The notes under the pieces were generated by a model. It saw only the letters and a program-made list of their open reading frames with translations, made no database searches and was not told the DNA's origin. Position numbers and translations under genes: made by a program. A stretch of DNA of 64,000 bases from positions 10,622 through 74,621 of the forward strand of contig JAYELL010000101.1 in NCBI GenBank assembly GCA_034717495.1, read 5' to 3'. This stretch comes from Chloroflexota bacterium (GTDB taxonomy: Bacteria > Chloroflexota > Anaerolineae > JAAEKA01). Shown here piece after piece: positions 45,036 through 53,392 of the stretch. The number at the start of each line of letters is the position of its first letter. Position 1 is the stretch's first letter.

Positions 45036-46391
45036 CTACCGCCAGTAATATGAGCGTGTCTCGCTGGCAGGACTCAGCACAATCATCTGCCCATCCGGTC
45101 CGCGGCGACGAACCTGTACCGACCATTGGCTGAGACGATCCGGCGGCATTGCCGATTCGAATACCCACATAGGTACCTTAAACGTCGTACCTGAAACCTC
45201 ACTTTCCGCGAAGCCCTGATCACCGTTGCGGAGCGTGAAGACAACTCGCACGTAGTAGTGATCCTCGGTGCCGAAGCCGTGTACCGGCTGCCATTCCAGC
45301 AGGGGCTGGGTACCCTCGGTAAAACCGTCGCCAACTATCGGGCTGACCAGAATAGGGGCGGGAAGTGGCGCCAGTGGGATCTCCGGGGGCACGGGTGTTG
45401 CCGTCGGGGGTTTCCGGGTAGGCGTGGAAACGGGAATGCTCGCCGATTCCTGGCGCGATGGAACCCTCAATCTGTCATTGGTCTGGAGAATGTCCGACGG
45501 GCTCAGGTTGTTGTAGGTTGCCAGGGCACCCATGGAAACACCATATTGCTGTGCAACACTGAACCAATTATCCCCAGGTTGAACCACATGCACGAGGCCC
45601 CCACCCCCTGTGGCGGCCACAGCTGCTACTCTCGTCGGCGTCGGTGGTATCGATGTAGGTGTGAGGGTCGCTGTCGGTGGCACTGACGTTGCAGTCGGCG
45701 GCACAGCTGTGTTGGTTGGCGTTGGATTTGGCGTGTCGGTGGCTGTAGGGATAGGGGTTGATGTCGCTGGAATATCACTTGGCGTAGCGGTTGCCTGCTC
45801 TGTTGGTGTGGGCGGCACTGGCGTAGCTGTGTCGGTGTTCCTGACCTGCGCGACCGGGAGAGCCGCTGGTGGCTCGCCCGGTTCGGGCGAAAGTTTGGCT
45901 CTGTCGCCGGGATCGGGCAATGCAGCAATGGCCTGAGTGGACGCACCTGTCAGTTGTGTGCTGGAATCCTGTTCGAGGTTGGAACGAACGATTACCTGGG
46001 TCGGCGTTGGCGATTCCAGAGGGACGGCGTTTGCCGCCAGCGACGAAGCCGTGTCAAGTACCTTGCCGCCGAGATCACTTACCGTTTCCTGAATCGCAGC
46101 CAATCCCTCCTGGCCTCGAGCCAGCGTGAAATCCGAATCGTTGGAGGCGATTCCGGCATACGCCGCCAGGCCAAGAGCTACGATTACGGCCAAGGTTGGC
46201 AAAAGCCACGTGGGCAGACGGCGCGCGCGTAGGCGTTGACCACAGCCAGGACAGATGGAAAACCCTGAAGGCGCGCGAAAACTACAGTTGGCGCAATTGA
46301 CATGAGAAGTACGCCGTAACTGACGCGCACCACAATGGGGACATATCTGAAGCCCATCATGCATGTGGGCTCCACAGCGTTTACAGTTCAT
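45036..46391 (-). CDS. double zinc-ribbon / single-TM / Pro-Thr-rich linker / LysM domain protein
   Basis: N-terminus CKRCGAHM...CPHCG and CANCSF...CPGCG (two zinc ribbons), TM (WLLPTLAVIVALGLAAYAGI), a long PT-rich low-complexity linker and a LysM motif (VHVVQPGDNWFSVAQQYGVSMGALATYNNL). Confidence 0.75.
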   Translation of the reverse strand: MNCKRCGAHMHDGLQICPHCGARQLRRTSHVNCANCSFRAPSGFSICPGCGQRLRARRLPTWLLPTLAVIVALGLAAYAGIASNDSDFTLARGQEGLAAIQETVSDLGGKVLDTASSLAANAVPLESPTPTQVIVRSNLEQDSSTQLTGASTQAIAALPDPGDRAKLSPEPGEPPAALPVAQVRNTDTATPVPPTPTEQATATPSDIPATSTPIPTATDTPNPTPTNTAVPPTATSVPPTATLTPTSIPPTPTRVAAVAATGGGGLVHVVQPGDNWFSVAQQYGVSMGALATYNNLSPSDILQTNDRLRVPSRQESASIPVSTPTRKPPTATPVPPEIPLAPLPAPILVSPIVGDGFTEGTQPLLEWQPVHGFGTEDHYYVRVVFTLRNGDQGFAESEVSGTTFKVPMWVFESAMPPDRLSQWSVQVRRRGPDGQMIVLSPASETRSYYWR

Positions 46392-46543
46392 GGATGATTC
46401 TCTTGGGCAGAAACCTTATCGGCAACGGTGGGGGCGACATAAACCCCTTCCCGTTACTTCAGGATCTGGTCACAGCTTGAGCAGCTTCTGTTTGCAGTGA
46501 CCGGCTGAGCGAAATGATCTACCTGCTACAAGACACCATTTGG

Positions 46544-47851
46544 TTACGGTCCCAAAGGCGCGAGCCAATCTGGAAGCGGAACCGGCGATGCAAAGTCCTG
46601 ATAGGTAATGAACACCATGAGACCAAGAAGCAAGACCATACCAGCCAGGTGGATGGCACCTTCCCAATTTGGGTCGACGCGGCGGCCGCGGATTTTTTCG
46701 ATGAAAATGAACAACAATCGACCACCATCCAAGGCTGGGAGCGGAAGCAGGTTTGTGATCGCCAGTGCTGCGCTGAGAATACCCATTAACTGGAGAACAG
46801 GGAACCACCAGCCCGAGACGATGGTGGCTGAAATAGCTCCACTGGTCAAATCATAGATGGCTTTGGGCCCGACCGGGCGAGCCTCTGCCGGCGTGATGGT
46901 ACCACGAATTATCATCGATGGCACCGAGAGCGTGAACTGAGTGAAGCGCACCGTATCCTCGACTCCCCGTTTCAAGGACTCGAGAACACCGAAGCGTTTG
47001 ATTTCGGTTACAGGATAAATTGCTACGCCGATGGCGCCCTCGCCGGGCGGAGGATTGACACGCGGAACCAGGGTAACTTCCAGCATTGCCTCATCGCGTT
47101 GCACCAGCAATACTACCGGTTCTCCCGCGTGGGCATGGATGTACTGGCCCATGTCACCAGCGTGGCGCACAACCTCATCATCGATCTGGAAGATTCGATC
47201 ATTGATCTGCAGTCCCGCCATTTGCGCAGGTGAACCAGGAGCGATCTCTTCGATTCGACCACCGGGTACAGGTTCCGGCCTGCCCAAAAAAAAGGAGAGG
47301 GCAAAGATAAAAACCGCAAGCAGAAGATTCATCGCCGGTCCGGCCAATAACGTCGCGGACCTGGCGCCGGCGGAGGCGTTGGCGAAGCTGCCAGGCCCTG
47401 CTGGCCCATCCTCGCCGCGCATGCGAACGAAACCGCCGAACGGAATAAAGTTCAAACTGAACAGGGTACCTGGATCGACCATCTCCACCCGACCGGCGCC
47501 CAGACTGGCGGCATGTTCAGGTTCTACGACCTGAACACTGGTAAGTAGTGCCTGGCCCTTTTTGTCCATCTCGTATTGAACTGTGACGAACGAATCGACC
47601 GTTATGTCCTGGGGAAGTTCGAAGCCACGGGGCACAACCAGGTTTTTTTTATCTACGACGAGCAGACCTTTGCCACGAAAGAGTTCCAGTGCTCGGGGTG
47701 GATATCCAAAGCCAAACTCCTCAGTTACAATCTTGTTGCGGCGAGCAACTAAAAAGTGACCGAGCTCATGGATAAAGACCAGGATGCTAAAAATTAATAC
47801 AAACCCAACTATATTGACTATCGACATTTTCTCCTCATGGAACTGCGACAC
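46544..47851 (-). CDS. rseP: RIP metalloprotease RseP (site-2 protease, M50 with PDZ)
   Basis: HELGHFLVAR HExxH motif in TM1, a PDZ region (PGSPAQMAGLQINDRIFQIDDEVV), and the C-terminal LDGG motif (NLLPLPALDGGRLLF). Confidence 0.9.
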   Translation of the reverse strand: MSQFHEEKMSIVNIVGFVLIFSILVFIHELGHFLVARRNKIVTEEFGFGYPPRALELFRGKGLLVVDKKNLVVPRGFELPQDITVDSFVTVQYEMDKKGQALLTSVQVVEPEHAASLGAGRVEMVDPGTLFSLNFIPFGGFVRMRGEDGPAGPGSFANASAGARSATLLAGPAMNLLLAVFIFALSFFLGRPEPVPGGRIEEIAPGSPAQMAGLQINDRIFQIDDEVVRHAGDMGQYIHAHAGEPVVLLVQRDEAMLEVTLVPRVNPPPGEGAIGVAIYPVTEIKRFGVLESLKRGVEDTVRFTQFTLSVPSMIIRGTITPAEARPVGPKAIYDLTSGAISATIVSGWWFPVLQLMGILSAALAITNLLPLPALDGGRLLFIFIEKIRGRRVDPNWEGAIHLAGMVLLLGLMVFITYQDFASPVPLPDWLAPLGP

Positions 47852-47956
47852 GAGGTCGCAATCGCGGGGATATTATAGTCGGAAGGGGCAAAACGCGCAA
47901 GGTTATTAATAGTTTGTAATAATTGGTCCCAACGATGTATGAAGGGATGACTTGGG

Positions 47957-48802
47957 TCAGGAGCGAATGAGTGTGCCTCCTGATCCCTCTTCTGCAAGCA
48001 GTGCGGCTCTCACGGCGCCCGGTCGCAAGCCAGACACCAGACGTACTTCAAGGCCGGGATGATCGGACACGAGGTGGCACATCTCCTCCACTTTGCTCAA
48101 CATGCCTCCGGTTACATCCACACCGTGGGAGCCACCCAGGTGAGTACGCAATCTGGGTAGCGATGCCGGGTTGATCTCCGCCCACTGTCTGGCGTTGGCA
48201 TCCAGGATTGGGTCGCTGGAGAAAACCCCGTCGACCGTGCCTGCCAGAACAATGCGTTCAGGGCGCAACCGAGGCACCAGCCAGGCAAACACCTCTTCCG
48301 TGGACGCAATGGTGCCGCCTCTGATTTTGTCTAACACTGTATCGCCATACACCAGAGGAATCAATCCCCTTTCCAACGCCATAGAGAGTACATGGGTCGG
48401 CCAGGCGACGATCTGTCCATCGTCGCACCAGGCTCCGGCTGATGGCTGCACAGACCACACGGGCAGGTTGGCCTGAAGAAATCGCTCGACCACAAGCCGA
48501 TTGAGCCGGGCCGCGGCATCTGCTACCTCTGCAAAGCCCAACCACCCGACCTCGTCGCGCACACTATTTCGGGTACCGTAACGCCGGGCTGCAACATGAC
48601 CAAAGGAACCGCTACCATGGCCCAATACCAGACTCAGATCGGGCGCCGCGTCCATCGCAGCGTGAATCTCATGGGCCAGCCGGCGGAGAACATCGGCGCG
48701 CGCGGTTTCAGGCCGGGTCTTATCTGTAATCAGTGAACCACCCAGTTTGAGGAAAACCAGGGTTGACCCGTCGTGGCTGGTTGCCTCGACATCAGTGCTC
48801 AT
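47957..48802 (-). CDS. amino-acid-kinase-family protein, probable isopentenyl phosphate kinase
   Basis: LVFLKLGGSLITDK and LVLGHGSGSFGH resemble the IPK signatures (ILKLGGS / LVHGGGAFGH). Length 281 aa. Confidence 0.6.
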   Translation of the reverse strand: MSTDVEATSHDGSTLVFLKLGGSLITDKTRPETARADVLRRLAHEIHAAMDAAPDLSLVLGHGSGSFGHVAARRYGTRNSVRDEVGWLGFAEVADAAARLNRLVVERFLQANLPVWSVQPSAGAWCDDGQIVAWPTHVLSMALERGLIPLVYGDTVLDKIRGGTIASTEEVFAWLVPRLRPERIVLAGTVDGVFSSDPILDANARQWAEINPASLPRLRTHLGGSHGVDVTGGMLSKVEEMCHLVSDHPGLEVRLVSGLRPGAVRAALLAEEGSGGTLIRS

Positions 48803-48836
48803 GGATGATCTCTGGATTGTTGTTCATGGGCAAAAA

Positions 48837-49241
48837 TCAGGCGGCAGGGCGGATCTCTATGTTGCTGTCGTCGACCAGCACCCAGTCGCCATTTTGAATC
48901 AGGGTAATCGCCACCTGATCTACCATGGGAATATCGGCAATCAAGGCGCCCACGGCAACGATAGCTTCGCTTTCGGCGTTTATCATTGCCACCGGTGCAA
49001 CACCGTTGCGTGCCAATCGCAGGATAGTATAGGACCCCACCGTGCTTCCCTTGCCCGTGGGGAAGACCAGCACACGGTTTGCTACCGATTGTCCATGGAG
49101 CGGGTGATTTGCCTCAACCACGATTCCAGTTTCGGGGTCGATTCCGCCAAGGAAACCAATCGGTTCTGTGGAGACAAGCGCCTCCCCCTCAGCTCGACCA
49201 CCCCGGATTACACGGCCGCTGGTTCGAGTTACATTGGTCAT
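48837..49241 (-). CDS. DUF126/UPF0107 'aconitase X swivel domain' protein (possible phosphomevalonate dehydratase small subunit)
   Basis: 134 aa. ...VLVFPTGKGSTVGSYTILRLARNGVAPVAMIN...IVAVGALIADIPMV fits my recollection of the DUF126 pattern. Overlaps the selA stop by 4 nt. Confidence 0.45.
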   Translation of the reverse strand: MTNVTRTSGRVIRGGRAEGEALVSTEPIGFLGGIDPETGIVVEANHPLHGQSVANRVLVFPTGKGSTVGSYTILRLARNGVAPVAMINAESEAIVAVGALIADIPMVDQVAITLIQNGDWVLVDDSNIEIRPAA

Positions 49242-50634
49242 GGTGATGCTCCGGCCAAGTTGCTTGTACCGGCTGCAATTCTCAGCGTTTCTACTACGGT
49301 CTTATCTTGTTCGGGCAGGACAGTTCGCGGGTCCAGACAAAGGGTATCTTGCATGATGCGTGCCACGATCGGTGGATTTGCTGCCCGTAGCCGGGCGGCA
49401 AGGCGATCGGCGGGCAGGTCGGGCAGGGCCAGCAGGTGGGTGGGCAGCGTTTCCCCGGGCAACGAGCCTCCTCCAACCGTTGATTCGCCTGGCCAGACCG
49501 TGGCGGAAACACCTGCATCCTGTAACTGGGCAGCCCAGCTACCAGATCGACGGGCAATCTCACCGGCATCCATGGCAATCATTCGCCAGACGGGGATCTT
49601 CTCTGCCGCCTGGCCGCGCAGGTAGTGGGTGAGGGTAACCGAAAGCGCTGCCAGGGTCGTCTTGTCGACTCTGAGGGCGCGTGTCAGGGGATAGTGGCGA
49701 AGCTGGGCGATGGCATCTCGCTTGCCCACGATCAGGCCGGCCTGCGGGCCGCCCAACAGCTTGTCGCCGCTGAAAGTAACCAGGGTAGCGCCGGCTTCCA
49801 GGCTGTCCTGCACCCGCGGTTCGTAGGCAAGACCGAAGACTATGGTATCCAGCAGTGTTCCGCTGCCCAGATCATCTATCACGGGTATGTCTGTTTGGTG
49901 GCCCAGTTCGACGAGATCTTCCAGGCTCACCTCAGCCGTAAAGCCTATCTGCCGGAAGTTGGAGCTATGAACTCGCAACAGCACTGCCGTGTCTGGACCG
50001 ATGGCTGCCTGGAAGTCGCGCAGATGGGTACGATTGGTGGTTCCCACCTCGATCAGGCGTGCCCCGCTGGTATTCAGAACGTCAGGGATACGGAACCCAC
50101 CCCCGATCTCGACCAATTGACCCCGCGAGATAATCACTTCTTTTGCGCGGGCTAAAGCCATCAGACAGAGCAACACAGCCGAAGCGTTGTTGTTGATGAC
50201 CAGCGCGTCCTCGGCGCCCGTCAGCTGGCATAAAAGATCGACAGCGTGAACGTATCTCGAGCCTCGCTGGCCTGTCCCCAGATCATATTCCAGATTGCTG
50301 TAGCCCGCCGCGACCATCTCCATTGCTGTTCTGGCTTCGTCGCTTAAAGGCGCGCGCCCCAGGTTGGTGTGGATGATGACCCCGGTGGCGTTGATTGCCG
50401 GTCGCAGGGTCGGCTCGGTGGTGGCGTGCAGGCGGGTCAGCAGGGTCTTGCCGAGCGTTGTCAGATCGGGACAAGCCTGACTCGTTTCGATCAATGTCTG
50501 ACGGGTATCGTCCAGCAATTGCCGGGCCGTGCTTACGAGCAGGGCGTGGCCGAAGTCTTCCTCTGCTATTGCCATCTCTGGCAGCTGGAGGAGGCGGTCG
50601 ATACTGGGCAGCTTGCGCAATTCCTTATGAGACA
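49238..50634 (-). CDS. selA: L-seryl-tRNA(Sec) selenium transferase (SelA family)
   Basis: N-terminus LRKLPSIDRLL and NNNASAVLL (E. coli SelA VNNNAAAVLL). PLP lysine in FSGDKLLGGPQAG. Start reassigned to GTG at 50634 (GAGGA RBS), because the longer track ORF runs through a tRNA gene. Confidence 0.8.
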
Positions 50635-50699
50635 CGGTATCCTCAAGAAATAGAAAAGCCCCCGGCCGATGCCGACCGACGGCCATCCATTTAGACTGG

Positions 50700-50773
50700 T
50701 GGGCGAAACAGGACTCGAACCTGTGGCCTCTTCCTTGTAAGGGAAGCGCTCTAGCCAACTGAGCTATTCGCCC
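50700..50773 (-). tRNA. tRNA-Val (anticodon TAC)
   Basis: The reverse complement is GGGCGAATAGCTCAGTTGGCTAGAGCGCTTCCCTTACAAGGAAGAGGCCACAGGTTCGAGTCCTGTTTCGCCCA. Clean cloverleaf with anticodon loop CTTACAA and T-loop GGTTCGAGTCC. CCA is not encoded. Confidence 0.9.
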
Positions 50774-50916
50774 ATAGGTGCCCTGATTATACGCCGGTGG
50801 TGTGGGCCGTGTCAAATGATCGGGGATGCGGTTGAATTGCGAAACGCACTCCTCCACGGTATACTTAGAACATCAGTGCGACGAGCGAGGATGAAGAATT
50901 GTGACGGAGGTGATCG

Positions 50917-51594
50917 ATGTGTGGACGATTTTCTATCTTTGCCGATCCCGACCGACTGGCCGAATGGTTTGATGCAGCGTTACCGGAGGAGGGATTGCGG
51001 CCCAGATATAATGCGGCCCCAACCCAGAAACTGCCGGTCATCACGAACGATGATAGCCAGGTTATTCAGCTATTTCGCTGGGGCCTCGTGCCTTTCTGGG
51101 CAAAGGGTCCAGGCATTGGGAATCGTTTGATCAATGCCCGATCGGAGACGGTAGCTGAGAAACCGGCCTATCGGGCCGCCTTCAAGCACCGCCGGTGCCT
51201 GGTGCTGGCGGATGGTTTCTACGAATGGCAGAAAACCTCCGGGGGCAAGGTTCCCATGCGGATTGTCCTGAAATCCGGGGACCCCTTCGCTTTTGCCGGA
51301 CTATGGGAGACCTGGACACCGCCCGAGGGCGATCCACTTCGCACATTCACCATTATTACTACCACACCCAACGAACTGCTTGCGCCGATTCACAATCGGA
51401 TGCCGGTGATTCTACAGAAAGAGCATGAGGCAATCTGGCTTGACGACGCGGCTGAACCGACAATCTGGCTTGATATGCTGCGTGCCTACCCGGCCGGTGA
51501 AATGACAGCCTATCCTGTGTCCACGCTGGTAAACCGGCCCGTCAACGATGATCCATCTGTGGTCGCGCGGGTCGAACGGGGGAGGTTGTTCTGA
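50917..51594 (+). CDS. SOS-response-associated peptidase (SRAP/YedK/HMCES, abasic-site processing protein)
   Basis: N-terminal MCGRFS (catalytic Cys2) followed by ...RYNAAPTQ..., and EWQK... motifs typical of DUF159. Confidence 0.88.
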   Translation: MCGRFSIFADPDRLAEWFDAALPEEGLRPRYNAAPTQKLPVITNDDSQVIQLFRWGLVPFWAKGPGIGNRLINARSETVAEKPAYRAAFKHRRCLVLADGFYEWQKTSGGKVPMRIVLKSGDPFAFAGLWETWTPPEGDPLRTFTIITTTPNELLAPIHNRMPVILQKEHEAIWLDDAAEPTIWLDMLRAYPAGEMTAYPVSTLVNRPVNDDPSVVARVERGRLF

Positions 51595-51753
51595 TCGGCT
51601 GCCCAAACAATTGTGGAAGGTGCCGACCGAGCAAGACCGGCTGAAGCCTCGACTCCTTTTGCTCGGTCGGTGTTTTTTCTCCTGCTCAGGCCGGTCTGTG
51701 CGAAGCCTCCCGCAGCGCCAGCGGAGTGGGCCTGACCGAGCCTGACGTGACAT

Positions 51754-52920
51754 TCAGCTCGCGTTGACAACCGTCAGGGGGATTGGGGTAAACACCAGGA
51801 AAAATACCAGGAGCGTGAAAATAGCGATCAGGCGCTCCGGAGTGGAAAGTTGGGTGATTTCGTCCAGGGGGGCGATCCGTACCCGGCCAAAGACCAGGAT
51901 CAGCAGCAACCAGAGCAGCCAGCCGATCCAGAAGAACGCCAGGATTGCCATGGCTGCGATCACGATCCAGTAGACGTAGCCGGCAATGCGTTCTCCTGTC
52001 AGCGCCAGCAGGATGTGGCCACCATCCAGTTGACCGGCAGGGATCAGGTTGAGGCCGGTGACCAGTAAACCAGCCCATGCGGCAAATGCCACCTGGTGAA
52101 TAAAGACATCCTCACCGCCGGCAGGCAGCAGGCGGCCAAAGACCAGGAACTTGAGGGCTGCATAGAGGATCGAGTTACCCTCCATCATGTAGTCGACGCC
52201 AATGGGTAGTGGCTCGATGCTACTGAGGCGAAGGCCCGCGATCAACAGGGGCACTGCAAGCACCAGGCCGGCAAGAGGACCTGCGACAGCAATGGCCAGA
52301 AGGTGGCGCCGATTACGCGGTGGCGCAGTCATGTTAATCACCGCACCCAGCGTTCCAAAGGGGCCAAGGGGCATGGGGATGAAATAGGGCAGGCTGACAG
52401 GGGTGCCCAGCCGGCGGGCAACCAGATAATGGCCGAATTCGTGGGCCGCCAGGATCGCCAGCAGGGCAGCTGCAAAAGGAATGCCATCGAGAAGATTGAG
52501 GTTTGTGCCGGTCAGGCCATCGACCATTTGAGCGCCGGCAAAGAGACAGGATAACAGGGTGAAAAAAAAGAGGGCAGCGGCTACGCCAATACGCTGGTTT
52601 GCTTTTTTAAGCTGACCAGGAATTGCAAGCACAACCTCGCCCTGCTTGTCCTCGTCCTCGCGCAACAGGGGCGTAAAGCCAAGGGCATGAAAGCGATCAA
52701 ACAGATAGGAAAAGGCTGCTTCCGATGGCAATAACAGGTGACCGCGAAACCGGATGACATGCCGCTGAAGTTCGTCTTCTCTCCGGTTGACGCGCAACAA
52801 GGGGTTTGCGATGGTCTCGACGTCCTCGGTGACGTCGTCAATGGCCATCACATCGTCGACAGTCGCGCGCAGGGCGCGAACCTGGAGAACTGTGGGTTCA
52901 GTCTGTGATTCCATGCTCAT
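51754..52920 (-). CDS. site-2 protease family (M50) membrane metalloprotease
   Basis: HEFGHYLVARRLG HExxH in a TM helix, multiple TM segments and an LDGGH motif (AGQLDGGHIL). Confidence 0.8.
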   Translation of the reverse strand: MSMESQTEPTVLQVRALRATVDDVMAIDDVTEDVETIANPLLRVNRREDELQRHVIRFRGHLLLPSEAAFSYLFDRFHALGFTPLLREDEDKQGEVVLAIPGQLKKANQRIGVAAALFFFTLLSCLFAGAQMVDGLTGTNLNLLDGIPFAAALLAILAAHEFGHYLVARRLGTPVSLPYFIPMPLGPFGTLGAVINMTAPPRNRRHLLAIAVAGPLAGLVLAVPLLIAGLRLSSIEPLPIGVDYMMEGNSILYAALKFLVFGRLLPAGGEDVFIHQVAFAAWAGLLVTGLNLIPAGQLDGGHILLALTGERIAGYVYWIVIAAMAILAFFWIGWLLWLLLILVFGRVRIAPLDEITQLSTPERLIAIFTLLVFFLVFTPIPLTVVNAS

Positions 52921-53335
52921 GTAAGCAGATCAGGCAATGGCACCGGATCAACGGCTGACTTGCGCACGGCAGATATCAAGCCGTATAATGTCATCCACCG
53001 ACCGCTGTCGGAAGACCGCTGACCGCCGACCGCGGCTCGATTCTTGCTGAAAAACAACTGCCAGTTTTTTTCCTGACACATTGTACGGCAGTTTCAGGTG
53101 CAGCGCAATTTGATACACCGCCGCGCTGAATGAACCGCCGACGTGTCCCGAGCGTGTCGAGGGGCGCAGCCGAAGGGAAAACGCTGATCGATCCAAATAG
53201 AATCAGCGAGAATCTGCGCCGGAGGTGTGCGTGAATCAGCGGTGAAAAGAAAAGAGCATGACCGCAGATGACGCTGATATACGCTGATAAACGCAGATCA
53301 GGCCTCAGAAAAGATCAGAGAAGATCGGCGACCTC

Positions 53336-53365
53336 TGCGCCGAAGGTCTGCGTAATCAGCGTTCC
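53336..53365 (+). repeat. left arm of 30-bp perfect inverted repeat (tctgcgccgaaggtctgcgtaatcagcgttcc), copy B of a ~44-bp repeat element
   Basis: Exact reverse complement of 55601-55630. A diverged direct copy (copy A) lies at ~53205-53245. Confidence 0.85.
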
Positions 53366-53392
53366 TCGTGGCTTGTCCAGGTTAGGAGAGGG

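Noticed and set aside
44092-45168. Longer 358-aa version of the HEAT-repeat ORF
   Set aside because: It would overlap the upstream LysM gene's 3' end by ~130 nt on the same strand. The internal ATG at 45021 gives a non-overlapping gene.
49238-50857. Full-length 539-aa selA ORF as drawn in the track
   Set aside because: Its N-terminal 74 codons overlap a bona fide tRNA-Val gene. The start was moved to the GTG at 50634.
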